Virus record (IMG/VR): IMGVR_UViG_3300034103_001223
Source of the DNA: an uncultured virus (IMG/VR IMGVR_UViG_3300034103_001223)
Taxonomy: Duplodnaviria; Heunggongvirae; Uroviricota; Caudoviricetes
Direction: 5' to 3' (one strand)
DNA: 64,000 bases
The notes beneath the pieces were generated by a model. It saw only the letters and a list, made by a program, of their open reading frames with translations. It had not been told where the DNA came from and ran no database searches. Positions 1 through 9,262 of this stretch are shown here, piece after piece. Each line of letters opens with the position of its first letter. Position 1 is the first letter of the stretch. The translations under genes were made by a program, and so were the position numbers.

Positions 1-783
1 CACAGCAGCACCATCACGTTAAACGGCTCGGGTGGTGACTACATCATACTGAACGGCTCGGTTGGGGGGGTGCCCAAAATAACGATGTTTAACTCGGGGA
101 TTGGCAACATAGAGCTGACTGCGAACTCTTCCGGGGGTCTTGGAGTCAACGCCAACGTCTCTGCGACATCTTTCTCATCTTCCGGCGCTTTTTATGGTAA
201 CGGAGCGATTGGTTCAGTGACTTCCGGTGGCTCTGGCGGCTCTATCACGGCAGCGGGTGTAGCAAGTTTTTGGTCTGCTTCCGGCAATCCGACATATCTT
301 TCTTTCTCCGAAAACGCGGTTGCGAATCGCGGGGTGATTGGTTATGGCGCGGGGAGTGCGGACCTTGTCATCAAAACGGGCGGGGAAACCTTTGCCGCTG
401 CCACCACCGAGCTGTTTCGCCTCACCAGCGCGGGCAGTGTTGGTATTGGCACGGCGTCTCCCTCGGCCCGCTTGCACGTCGTGGGCGGCGGCTTCAGGGT
501 GGGTTCGGCTGGGTCCACTGTTACAAACTACGCCAGCGCCACTGCCACCCTAGACTTTGGTAGCATCAACTCGCTCGCCTCGGAAGACCTCACGGTTACG
601 GTGACGGGAGCGGTAGTTAATGACACCGTTACGATTGGTCTGCCTGCTGCGCCAACCGCCGGCATTGTATTCCAAGTCTTCGTGTCCGCAGCCAACACGA
701 TCACGGTTCGCGCCCACAATTACACCGCCGGGGCGATTGATCCCGCATCGGCCACCTATCGAGTCGGAGTTACCAGCCATTAA
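1..783 (+). CDS. Tail fibre protein, C-terminal part (5' truncated by window)
   Basis: Frame is open from base 1. Gly/Ser/Thr-rich beta-type sequence with the fibre-associated motif GSVGIGTASPSARLHV. Confidence 0.7.
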   Translation, partial: HSSTITLNGSGGDYIILNGSVGGVPKITMFNSGIGNIELTANSSGGLGVNANVSATSFSSSGAFYGNGAIGSVTSGGSGGSITAAGVASFWSASGNPTYLSFSENAVANRGVIGYGAGSADLVIKTGGETFAAATTELFRLTSAGSVGIGTASPSARLHVVGGGFRVGSAGSTVTNYASATATLDFGSINSLASEDLTVTVTGAVVNDTVTIGLPAAPTAGIVFQVFVSAANTITVRAHNYTAGAIDPASATYRVGVTSH

Positions 784-789
784 AAAACC

Positions 790-1206
790 ATGAAAACCAG
801 CATCCTTGCCGTCGCGCTCTGCGCCTCCACGCTCCACGCCAGCGATGTCGTCGTGGTCGTCTCTGCAACGTCTGTCACCGTGAACGGCCAACCGGTCGGG
901 AAGCCAGCCGACACCATCCGAAACCGGCCCGAACTGGCCAGCGCGATTCAACTGGCACTTGAGAAGCGCGAGGCTGAACAAGCCGCCGCGCTCGCCGCCG
1001 CGCAGTCGAAGTTGGACGCCGCCCTTGCGACGCGGGCCGCGTTGATCGCCAAGGCCAAAGCCAAACTCGCCGAGTTGCCGGAATCGTCGCGGGCGATTGT
1101 TGTCAGCGTCATCACCGACGCAGAGCTGCCCGACGTGGAACGGAAGCGGGCGCAGTTGGCGGCTGAACTCGCGGCGAAGCAAAAGGAACTGGACGCCTTA
1201 AAATGA
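790..1206 (+). CDS. Hypothetical exported protein with Ala-rich coiled coil
   Basis: N-terminal signal-like MKTSILAVALCASTLHA, followed by heptad-rich helices. Confidence 0.6.
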   Translation: MKTSILAVALCASTLHASDVVVVVSATSVTVNGQPVGKPADTIRNRPELASAIQLALEKREAEQAAALAAAQSKLDAALATRAALIAKAKAKLAELPESSRAIVVSVITDAELPDVERKRAQLAAELAAKQKELDALK

Positions 1207-1424
1207 ACCGTTTTGCCCTCATCCTAGACCTGCGAGCGCAGTTGTATTTCTGGATTGCGACCGGCAGCGCGTTTCTTGTCCAGACAGAGTCCATCACCGA
1301 AGTCTCTGACTGGACGTGGATTCAGTGGGCGCGGACCGGAATCGGCAGCCTGATTTCAGGCGCGACGGCGTTGCGGGCTTACGTTGACCAGTCGCTTACG
1401 AAAAACAAACCGGACGCACCATGA
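1203..1424 (+). CDS. Small membrane protein, holin-like
   Basis: 73 aa, two hydrophobic segments, charged C-terminus, 4-nt overlaps with both neighbours. Confidence 0.45.
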   Translation: MNRFALILDLRAQLYFWIATGSAFLVQTESITEVSDWTWIQWARTGIGSLISGATALRAYVDQSLTKNKPDAP

Positions 1425-2035
1425 AACCCATCCTCGCCGCACTCGCACTCTGCCTGCTCTCAGCCTGCGCTACCGTCCGCCCCGGCAACCAATCCGCCGA
1501 AGTTCGCGCAGAGCAAACCCTATCCGTGTCTCTGGCCGCGTTGGATTCATTCACGGCCTTTGAACACCGCCGCCGTTCCGACGTGCCGCCGCTGGTGCGC
1601 GACGTTTCTGCTAGGGTGCGTTTGAATGCTCCGAAGGCTCTGGACAGCGCCAACGCCTTGCGCCTCGCCTACAAGGGGAACAGGAGCGCAGCAAACGAGG
1701 CCAACCTTCGCACGGCGCTATCCGTCGTTGACGCGCTTGTGGGGGAAATCCGCGTGTGGGTTCCGGCAACATCCGCCAATGGCGCGATCCTGAAACCTGC
1801 TTCGGGATCAACCGTGCAAGCGTTGATTGCCGAAGCCCGCGCTTCGCAGACCGTAACGGCGCAATCATGGGTTGCGCTGGTGCCGGTTTTCGTGGATTTG
1901 GCCCGCGAGGTTTGGAGCGTTGTCAACCGCACCCGCGAAGCTGCAAGGCAAGATAGTGAATGGGATCTTCCGCAAGAGGCCGACTTTGCAGCCAAGCTCA
2001 CAGCATTGAAAGCGGCTCCACACTGGAAGATTTAA
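1421..2035 (+). CDS. Lipoprotein (lysis-associated candidate)
   Basis: Lipobox LSAC after MKPILAALALCL. Confidence 0.6.
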   Translation: MKPILAALALCLLSACATVRPGNQSAEVRAEQTLSVSLAALDSFTAFEHRRRSDVPPLVRDVSARVRLNAPKALDSANALRLAYKGNRSAANEANLRTALSVVDALVGEIRVWVPATSANGAILKPASGSTVQALIAEARASQTVTAQSWVALVPVFVDLAREVWSVVNRTREAARQDSEWDLPQEADFAAKLTALKAAPHWKI

Positions 2036-2052
2036 GGAGAGAAAGCGATGAA

Positions 2053-2592
2053 ATGGAACACTTTGACTCCCTCGAACCGGAATGGGGTGACGCGCTTTTT
2101 GAGGCGGCTCCCACCGCAATGGCCATTGTTGGTCCTGACCATCGTTTTGTGCGATGCAATGCTGCATTTAGCGACCTCACCGGCTTCTCTCGTAGCGAAT
2201 TGCTCGCCCGCACCTGGCAGTCCATTACCCACCCGGATGATGTCGCCGGGGATCAAGCTGGAGCAGACGCCGCACAGCGTGACATCGGGCATCCAACCTA
2301 TACCGTTACCAAGCGGTATCTGTCCAAGCGCGGTGATGCGGTCTGGGTCAATCTACACGTCCGAGGAATCTGGCACAAAGGAGCCTTCCAGTGCTACTTC
2401 ATCACCGCACTCCGGCAAGCACCAGCGCGATGCGAAGACTGCCCCGCAAATGGCCGTCGGACTGCCACCAGAGAGACTATCGTTGAATGGTGCAAAAGAA
2501 ACCCTAAAGACGCAGCCATAATGTTCCTCGCTGGAGCTGCGTTCCTTGGGCGAGATGAGGCAATCGCAATGCTGAAAGCACTCGTCAAATGA
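2053..2592 (+). CDS. Stand-alone PAS-domain protein with C-terminal hydrophobic helix
   Basis: PAS signatures LFEAAPTAMAIV, NAAFSDLTGFSRSELL, ITHPDD and KRYLSKRGDAVWV. AAGGAG upstream of ATG 2053. Confidence 0.85.
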   Translation: MEHFDSLEPEWGDALFEAAPTAMAIVGPDHRFVRCNAAFSDLTGFSRSELLARTWQSITHPDDVAGDQAGADAAQRDIGHPTYTVTKRYLSKRGDAVWVNLHVRGIWHKGAFQCYFITALRQAPARCEDCPANGRRTATRETIVEWCKRNPKDAAIMFLAGAAFLGRDEAIAMLKALVK

Positions 2593-3158
2593 AAATCATC
2601 CCATCAGCCAACGCGGACGCGCTATTCCTGTCCCCCATGCTGGAGGCTGGGCAATTCGACTTCGACAATCTGCCATTCCCAAACATGCGCTCCAGCACCT
2701 CCGTGCTGGTGTTCTCGGAAGGGTATCTCGTTGCGGTGTCGCAGTGGTGGGATGCCTACCTGAAAGCCACTGGATTCAAGTATGTCCCCGGCAGCGGAAT
2801 GTGTGAGGGTGGCACCAAGGCTTTCATCGGGCATGTGAATGAAGAAGCGGTGAATCCGTTTCGCGGGCTCGGACCAGTTGATCCTGCCGTGGTAGAAGCG
2901 GCAAAAGAACAGGGGCGGGAATGCCCCGTGGAGCGTTTAGGAGATTTCTCACCGGCAGTCTATGAGGTGCGCTGCACTATCCCCAGCGGGGTGAGCTTGA
3001 ACGGAGTTACTGATGGCGGGCACTCCACTCCGGCTATCCTCGTCCACGATGTCGCTGGGGAAATCGTAGCGTTTTTCTGGGAGTGGCAGTCTTCAAAATG
3101 GGAGCCGCTCGACAAGGCGGTGAAGCGTGGCGTGAAAATCCTCGACGTAATTGACTGA
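2589..3158 (+). CDS. Hypothetical protein, possible papain-like Cys peptidase
   Basis: Coupled ORF with motif order MCEG ... GGHS ... FFWEWQ, suggesting a Cys-His-Glu triad. Confidence 0.45.
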   Translation: MKIIPSANADALFLSPMLEAGQFDFDNLPFPNMRSSTSVLVFSEGYLVAVSQWWDAYLKATGFKYVPGSGMCEGGTKAFIGHVNEEAVNPFRGLGPVDPAVVEAAKEQGRECPVERLGDFSPAVYEVRCTIPSGVSLNGVTDGGHSTPAILVHDVAGEIVAFFWEWQSSKWEPLDKAVKRGVKILDVID

Positions 3159-3159
3159 C

Positions 3160-3294
3160 ATGAAAAAGCTCTCTCTCGCAATCCTCCTCGCGGCAACCCT
3201 CCTGAGCGGCTGCGAAACAACGCCCAAGGTTGACCAGCAGGGGAATCCTCCCCCTGGATGGCGCTTGACGCCTCGGATGCCGGTGGCATTTTGA
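3160..3294 (+). CDS. 44-aa Pro-rich lipoprotein (o-spanin-like); not in the ORF track
   Basis: MKKLSLAILLAATLLSGCETTPKVDQQGNPPPGWRLTPRMPVAF*, lipobox LSGC, starts immediately after the upstream stop. Confidence 0.7.
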   Translation: MKKLSLAILLAATLLSGCETTPKVDQQGNPPPGWRLTPRMPVAF

Positions 3295-3300
3295 CGGGCA

Positions 3301-3603
3301 ATGTTTTGCACCGGCCAGAAAGTCGTCTGCTGCGACGACGTGTTTCACCCACAGATTGCAGCCCTCTACCTCGCACTCCCAAGGAAGGATGTCGTCTATG
3401 TGGTGCGCGGCGTGAGCGTTGGCATCAGCCCAACAGGTGATGAAGGGGAAATTGCCATCACGCTCACCGGATTGCAGAATCCCCGCAGCAGCAAACCTCC
3501 CCACCCTGAACGAGCGTTCAACGCCATGAGGTTTCGCTCCTTGGAAGAGATGCAGGGGAAGGTTTCTGATGAAGCCGAGCACAAGGAATACGACCTAATT
3601 TGA
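3301..3603 (+). CDS. Hypothetical protein
   Basis: ATG ORF continuing the operon. Confidence 0.55.
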   Translation: MFCTGQKVVCCDDVFHPQIAALYLALPRKDVVYVVRGVSVGISPTGDEGEIAITLTGLQNPRSSKPPHPERAFNAMRFRSLEEMQGKVSDEAEHKEYDLI

Positions 3604-3672
3604 GAGGTTGGAAAACTTTTCTGAAAATAATCCTTGCAGCTTGGGATGAGTTGGCCCACGATGGCCCTCGTA

Positions 3673-3840
3673 ATGACCAAGCCAATCAGAATCAGACTGG
3701 AATCGGAACACGCCCAGCGGGTTGAAAAGGTGGTAGCGCAGTGCGTTAAGCGCGGCGTGAAAATCTCAGCCAACACCGTGGGAAACCTCGCCGTGCGGCA
3801 CGGCATTCACAAAGCGGAAAAAGAACTCAACACCAAATAA
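3673..3840 (+). CDS. Small DNA-binding protein, ribbon-helix-helix-like
   Basis: MTKPIRIRL beta-strand pattern followed by two basic helices. Confidence 0.45.
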   Translation: MTKPIRIRLESEHAQRVEKVVAQCVKRGVKISANTVGNLAVRHGIHKAEKELNTK

Positions 3841-3842
3841 TC

Positions 3843-4616
3843 ATGCCAAGAGTAGCCCAAGCAAGCAAGACCCCTAACCCAGCCTCCAAATACTTCGAGT
3901 GGGCTGGTGGAAACAACGGTGGACACATCTCCTACTACGATAAAACCGCCGTCAACCCTGAGACGAAGAAAGCCGGGGTGAACGTCCTCGTGAAACTTCC
4001 CTTCGCGTTCATCGTGATCGGAATCACCTCAACGATTAAAGGCTGGCACGATGGCTCTGACAGCGCCATTTACAGCAACGAAGTGAAGGACACTGTGGGT
4101 GAACCACTCGTGGTGAAAGCCTTTGACGGTGGTGTTCTCGCAACCGGATTCTATTCCGCTATCCGCGACCGCGTGGCGGCTGCCGGTGGAAGGTTCACCA
4201 GCAACATCTACCTCGCCTACCGTGACGCAGGAGTGATGAAGATTGGCTGCCTGCAACTTCATGGTGCCAGCCTCAACTCGTGGGTCGAGTTCAAGAACGC
4301 TTCTGGCGATGCCATCTGGAAAAAAGCCGTCGGCATCACCTCCTACAAGGAGGGCAAGAAGGGTTCCATCGTGTATCGGACTCCAGTGTTCACCCTCAAG
4401 GATGTCTCCACCGAGAGCGACGATGCGGCTGGTGTCCTTCAGGAGCAGCTCGCCAAATACCACACGGAATACTTTGCCCGCACTCGCACGGAAGCAGCGC
4501 AAGCTCCGGCAAATCCCGCTGAAGCTCCTCGGGGTGGCCATCCTGCTGAAGCCCCGCAGGACAACAGTTGGGGTGGTGAACCTGAAGCACCTCCTGCGGA
4601 CGACCAAGCCTTCTGA
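3843..4616 (+). CDS. Single-stranded DNA-binding / annealing-type protein
   Basis: Flexible Pro/Ala tail ending in acidic-aromatic DDQAF; first large gene of the replication module. Confidence 0.55.
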   Translation: MPRVAQASKTPNPASKYFEWAGGNNGGHISYYDKTAVNPETKKAGVNVLVKLPFAFIVIGITSTIKGWHDGSDSAIYSNEVKDTVGEPLVVKAFDGGVLATGFYSAIRDRVAAAGGRFTSNIYLAYRDAGVMKIGCLQLHGASLNSWVEFKNASGDAIWKKAVGITSYKEGKKGSIVYRTPVFTLKDVSTESDDAAGVLQEQLAKYHTEYFARTRTEAAQAPANPAEAPRGGHPAEAPQDNSWGGEPEAPPADDQAF

Positions 4617-4730
4617 CCCTTTAAGACAACCTTGGCCGTGGCGTCCCTAAACCACAGTAACGGCCTGCTTCCCTGAATAAGCTCGGGGTGACTTTCGGAT
4701 TCGTCTGGGTTCAACATGAACCGCTTAACT

Positions 4731-4862
4731 GAGCGTGTGGCGCAATGGGATAGACGCTGGGCAAGCTGAACAATCCGGTGCCGTGTGCGGACAGTAGCCT
4801 GAAGCCGACCGCGAACACGGGCCGCGATGGGCTTGAGGGTTCGACTCCCTCCACGCTCTCCA
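4731..4862 (+). ncRNA. tRNA-like RNA with an enlarged, non-canonical central arm
   Basis: Acceptor stem GAGCGTG/CACGCTC plus T-CCA; class II-type D-arm GCG..TAGACGC; T-arm GAGGG-TTCGACT-CCCTC; 77 nt between D- and T-arms. Confidence 0.75.
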
Positions 4863-4881
4863 ACCTTTAACTATCGGAAAC

Positions 4882-7260
4882 ATGAAGATCAAAACCATCA
4901 TTGCAAAGGACTTGAAGGGGAACTCCTTCAAGCACAACCTCAAAGACATCACCATTTTTACCGGCCCCAACGGTGCTGGTAAGAGTAGTCGCCTTGACTG
5001 CATTCCACTAGCCTTGTTCGGCTATCACCCCGCTCACAAGCGCACCAACGGGGAAATCCTTGAAGGGCTTGGTAGCGGCTCCTGCATGACGGCTGCTGTG
5101 GAGTTCGACACAGGTGCAGCTATATTGCGTCGCTGGGATACCAGCAAGTCCACCGTCACCTGTGATACGCAGGGAGCGATTCCTCCCAGTGTGACGCCGC
5201 TCTGCATTGACGCCTCGGAATACTTCGGACTGACGGAACGTGAGCGGGTGAAGCTGGCGTTCCGCTTCTCGCAGTGCTCCACGGAGTTTGGTCCAGAGCT
5301 GGTGGCGAAGGTGAAGAGTCTCAAGTTGGATGAGCATGATGCCGCCACCGAGGAGGCTATCGGACTGGTGGCCACCATCATCGGCGACGATTGGAAGTTG
5401 AACCGCCAGAACGTCTCCGCGCCTGAGTGGCTGGAAACCTTCGCCGAGGTGGCTAAGAAGAAGTGCTCAGAAGCGCAGGCCGGGGCGAAGCGTATGGCGT
5501 CCACCTTGGAAGGGCTCACCGAGTTGCGTGCCCAGGTAAAGCAAACTGTGAACAGCGCAGCGGAGGCGCAGTTGGCGGAGCTGAATCGGGAACTGATCAA
5601 GCTGTCCGCCAAGCATCAGGCCGCGAGCATGAAGCTGGCTGACGCCCGCGCCAAGTATGCCCGTATGACTGACCTTGAGCATCACATCGCCGGGAGTGCC
5701 ACCCAGAAGCAGTTGTGGGTGGAGAACGCTGAAGCCATCGTGGCTTTGGAGAATGAGATTGCAGGTTACGCCAGCGAAACCCCCACGCTGCGCGAAAGGA
5801 TTGCCGCGTTACAAGGTGCCAGCCGGGATGCTCATGCTGAGATTGCCCGCTTGAAGCAGCGCATTGCAGACCGTGAGAGGCAGTCGTTGAGGATTACTGA
5901 ACTCAAGGCTCTCGTGGCCCCTGATAGCCAGCAGTCCAAGGAGATTGCCGACATCGAGAAGTTTCTCGCGGAAACCAAGCCGAAGATGGCTGATTACAGC
6001 GCGAGCGAGTCGGTGAAAATCAACGCTCGGCTAACAGACGCCAAGGTAGAGTTGTCGGAGTGCTGTGCGAACATCTCCAACCACACCAAGCTGACCGCAA
6101 GTCTTGAGAAAAAGATGCGCGACTTGGCGTCTGAGAAGTGCTGCCCGTTCTGCGCAGCCAGCGAGTCTGGATGGCAGGACCGTGTGAACACCGGACTGCA
6201 AGAGCAGTTGGAAAAGGCCAAGCGCGATAAGGCCAAGGAAAGCAAGCGGTATGACAAGCTGCACGCAGCCATTGCCACCGCTACTCAAGAGCTGAACTCC
6301 AGCATCGAAATGGATCGGGTAGCAGCAGAGCTAGCCAAGAAAGCTGACCAAGCTAGCACCGCGCTGAAGCTGCTCAAAGCTGACCAAGCGAACGCTAACA
6401 AAACCATTACCGAAGATGTTTCCGAAGATGTTGAGCGGTTGAAGGTCCGCCTTCAGGAGCTTTCTCCCGAAGCGATTGATGCACAGATTGCCAAAGAAGC
6501 TGCTGCCTTAGAGAATTCCAAGATGAAAGACGCTGGGGTGGACGCCAAGCGGTTCCAGTTAAGGGGGCTCCGCGAACGGCAAACGCAGCTAACCTCCGAG
6601 CAGGAGCTTCTCATGCGCCTCCGTGGCGAGTTCGACTCCCTGAAAGACATCACCATCGAAGCTGGTCGAGCCTTAGCTGAAGAGGTTCAGCGGTTGGAAG
6701 TTGAGATTGCCAACCTCCAAACGAAGCTCCAGCCGCTCACCTTAGAGGTCCGGCAGGCGAACGCTGCCAAAGGCGAAGTTGCCGCCAAGCTCAAAGCTGC
6801 CGAGGCTGCTGAACGGGTCGCCAAGGAATACGTCGTATGGCGCGAGGTGAAGAAGCTCGTGGATGAAATGCAGGTGGAAGCCGTGAAAGAATCCATGAAG
6901 CCGATTCTCCGCCAAGCCAACCTCATCGCTGGGTCCATCCTGCCATCCAAATTGGAATACCACGACGGAGCGATTGGCCGGTGGTCTGGCCGGAAGTTCA
7001 TCGGCACACGGTCATTCAATCGGAGCGACCAGCAGATCGCCTTTGCGGCGGTGTCCGTGGCCTTGGCTTCCGCAAGTGGTTCGCCCTTGAAAATCCTCCT
7101 GATGGACGACCTGGACAACGTGGAAGAGAAGCGCCTGAAGCCGCTCTTCGAGGCAATCCGTGCGGCGATTGACGCCAAGCAAATCAGCCAGTGCATTGCC
7201 TGCGGGGTTCGCTCCAAAGAGTATGCTGGAATGGAAGGCGTGGAGGTGGTGGAGCTATGA
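4882..7260 (+). CDS. SbcC/Rad50/SMC-like ATPase
   Basis: Walker A GPNGAGKS, long coiled coil, central zinc hook CPFC, Walker B LLMDD. Confidence 0.85.
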   Translation: MKIKTIIAKDLKGNSFKHNLKDITIFTGPNGAGKSSRLDCIPLALFGYHPAHKRTNGEILEGLGSGSCMTAAVEFDTGAAILRRWDTSKSTVTCDTQGAIPPSVTPLCIDASEYFGLTERERVKLAFRFSQCSTEFGPELVAKVKSLKLDEHDAATEEAIGLVATIIGDDWKLNRQNVSAPEWLETFAEVAKKKCSEAQAGAKRMASTLEGLTELRAQVKQTVNSAAEAQLAELNRELIKLSAKHQAASMKLADARAKYARMTDLEHHIAGSATQKQLWVENAEAIVALENEIAGYASETPTLRERIAALQGASRDAHAEIARLKQRIADRERQSLRITELKALVAPDSQQSKEIADIEKFLAETKPKMADYSASESVKINARLTDAKVELSECCANISNHTKLTASLEKKMRDLASEKCCPFCAASESGWQDRVNTGLQEQLEKAKRDKAKESKRYDKLHAAIATATQELNSSIEMDRVAAELAKKADQASTALKLLKADQANANKTITEDVSEDVERLKVRLQELSPEAIDAQIAKEAAALENSKMKDAGVDAKRFQLRGLRERQTQLTSEQELLMRLRGEFDSLKDITIEAGRALAEEVQRLEVEIANLQTKLQPLTLEVRQANAAKGEVAAKLKAAEAAERVAKEYVVWREVKKLVDEMQVEAVKESMKPILRQANLIAGSILPSKLEYHDGAIGRWSGRKFIGTRSFNRSDQQIAFAAVSVALASASGSPLKILLMDDLDNVEEKRLKPLFEAIRAAIDAKQISQCIACGVRSKEYAGMEGVEVVEL

Positions 7261-7535
7261 GTGATACACCTAGAACGGATGCGGCATGGTATGCCTCAGA
7301 AAGTGGTGCAGGCTGCGAACCACTTCTTAAATGCTCGCTTCAACTCGAACGCGAACTCCGAGAGTCGGAGGCAAATGCGGCGGTGATGCGGGAGGCTTTA
7401 GGGCGGCAAATTCAAGGGTTGTCACCACTTGACTACCTTCACGTCCAGTTCCCAGCCACCATCGGACACATTCCGCTGAACGAGTTTTTTCACGCACAGG
7501 CGGACGCCCTCTCCGAATGGGAGGCGAGCAAGTGA
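7257..7535 (+). CDS. Hypothetical phage protein
   Basis: MSDTPRTDA start typical of small phage ORFs; ATGA coupling. Confidence 0.55.
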   Translation: MSDTPRTDAAWYASESGAGCEPLLKCSLQLERELRESEANAAVMREALGRQIQGLSPLDYLHVQFPATIGHIPLNEFFHAQADALSEWEASK

Positions 7536-9262
7536 ACCTCTCCCCCGAACAATCCGCCGCAGTCCACGCCACCGAGAAGCACGTCGTCGTCGCCTCGGTA
7601 GCGGGCTCTGGAAAATCCCGCGTCATCGTGGAGCGCATCAAGTGGCTCATCTCGCAGGGAGTTCCCGCGCAGAAAATCTGCATGGTGACTTTCACCGTGG
7701 CTGGCGCGATGGAGATTCAGAAGCGGTTGCAAGAGCAGTGCGGGGCTTGCGACCAATACGGAAGGGTTCCGTCATGGGACGGTGATGGGAACGAAATTGG
7801 AGATCAACCCTGCGCGCATTGTGGTGGTTATAGAACGACAAGCATCAAGCTGGGCTTTTGCGGCACCCTCCACGGAATGCTGCTGAAAGCTATCCGCCTC
7901 GTGCCCCACCTCGTCGGCTACTCAACCAGTCCAGCCGTTCTCAGCGAAGAAGCAGCGGAGAAGCTGATGGAAGAATCTGCCAAAGAATCGCGTTGGAAGG
8001 GTTCGCTGGAAGAGCTTCGGAAGTGCGCTTCAAGGACCATCCGCAAGAAGTCCGCGCTCTCCAAGCTGGAGGTGGCAGCGGTCCACTATCAGCAGAAGCT
8101 CGTGGATGAGAACCTCGTGGATTTCGACAGCGTGCTCCGGCTGGGACTTGAGCTGGTGTATTCGGAAGGGTTTCCGTTTAGGTTTGAGCATTTGGTTTGC
8201 GACGAAATGCAAGATTCAGCAGCCATTGACTTCGAGATTTATGATGCGATGGCGGTTGAGAACACGTTCGCGGTTGGAGATCCGAACCAAAGAATCATGG
8301 GGTTTCGTGGTGCCTCTGATGGGTTCGAGAAGCTCTGCCAGAGCAAGGATGTCACCCTCTACAAACTTGAGGATTGTTATAGGTGCAGCTTAGAAGTTTG
8401 CTCCGCAGCGAACAACCTGACCAGCCACCTCCCCGCGAGCGTCGGCAAGAACATTTCCGTCATCGGCTCAAAAGTTCCGGTGGCTGTGTCATCTTTCAAG
8501 ACCGCTCAGGAAGAGGTCGCCAGCATTGCCTTGAAGCTCTCAGTCTGGAACTCCAGCGGCCTAGTCCCCTTCAACGACTCCGCCGTGCTTCTCCGCACGA
8601 ACCTGCTCGTGGATTTCTTTCGCAATGGCCTCCGCGCTGCCGGGATACCTGTCAAAGCGCACAAGTCAGGTGGAAAACCGAAAGGCTGGCCCCAAGCACA
8701 AGCCATCGTCGCGCTCTGCGGCAGCCCCGCCAATGACAGATTAGCTCTTGGATACATCTCGGCAGCCTTCTCCGGCTCCGACGCCGCTAAGGCCAAATCC
8801 AAGGCCGCTGCTCAGATGGGGTCCATCTACGAGGCGTGCCCTGAATTGTTCACCGACCTCGGCAACCCCTTCAAGATGATGACCCTAGCGAGGGTGCCCG
8901 AGGAAGCCATCGCCAAGGCTGAATCTTTGAGGGATGCCCTACCGGAAGGCTCCGACTGGTCGGACCTGGCGATGGCCATGCTCAAGGATGAGCCGGACAA
9001 GGAGGTTGGGGAGGGGGTTCACGTCGGGACAATCCATAGCTACAAGGGCCGCGAGGCTCTGGCGGTGTTCCTGCCAGCGTTCGAGCAGCAGGTGATTCCT
9101 GCGAGAAGGGAACTCGACGAAGAGACCAGACTCGCATACGTGGCCTTCACCCGCGCAAAGGTCTTCCTCGACATCTCCTACTGCGGCGAGCGAGCGAACT
9201 TCTACACGGGGAAGGTCGAGCAGTGTGAACCGAGTGAGTTTATTGGAAAGGCAGGACTGTGA
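7532..9262 (+). CDS. UvrD/Rep-family SF1 helicase
   Basis: Motifs AGSGKS, VTFT, DEMQD, VGDPNQ, YRCS, TIHSYKG and EETRLAYVAFTRAK. Confidence 0.9.
   Translation: MNLSPEQSAAVHATEKHVVVASVAGSGKSRVIVERIKWLISQGVPAQKICMVTFTVAGAMEIQKRLQEQCGACDQYGRVPSWDGDGNEIGDQPCAHCGGYRTTSIKLGFCGTLHGMLLKAIRLVPHLVGYSTSPAVLSEEAAEKLMEESAKESRWKGSLEELRKCASRTIRKKSALSKLEVAAVHYQQKLVDENLVDFDSVLRLGLELVYSEGFPFRFEHLVCDEMQDSAAIDFEIYDAMAVENTFAVGDPNQRIMGFRGASDGFEKLCQSKDVTLYKLEDCYRCSLEVCSAANNLTSHLPASVGKNISVIGSKVPVAVSSFKTAQEEVASIALKLSVWNSSGLVPFNDSAVLLRTNLLVDFFRNGLRAAGIPVKAHKSGGKPKGWPQAQAIVALCGSPANDRLALGYISAAFSGSDAAKAKSKAAAQMGSIYEACPELFTDLGNPFKMMTLARVPEEAIAKAESLRDALPEGSDWSDLAMAMLKDEPDKEVGEGVHVGTIHSYKGREALAVFLPAFEQQVIPARRELDEETRLAYVAFTRAKVFLDISYCGERANFYTGKVEQCEPSEFIGKAGL

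Noticed and set aside
4634..4670. Pistol-ribozyme-like word GTGGTTTAGGG..CCAC on the minus strand
   Set aside because: The downstream CCCTAA pseudoknot partner is absent.
4731..4862. Calling this a standard tRNA-Leu(CAA) or tRNA-Phe(GAA), or a tmRNA
   Set aside because: No 5-bp stem with a U33-type 7-nt loop fits either triplet; no tag ORF or tmRNA-type acceptor.
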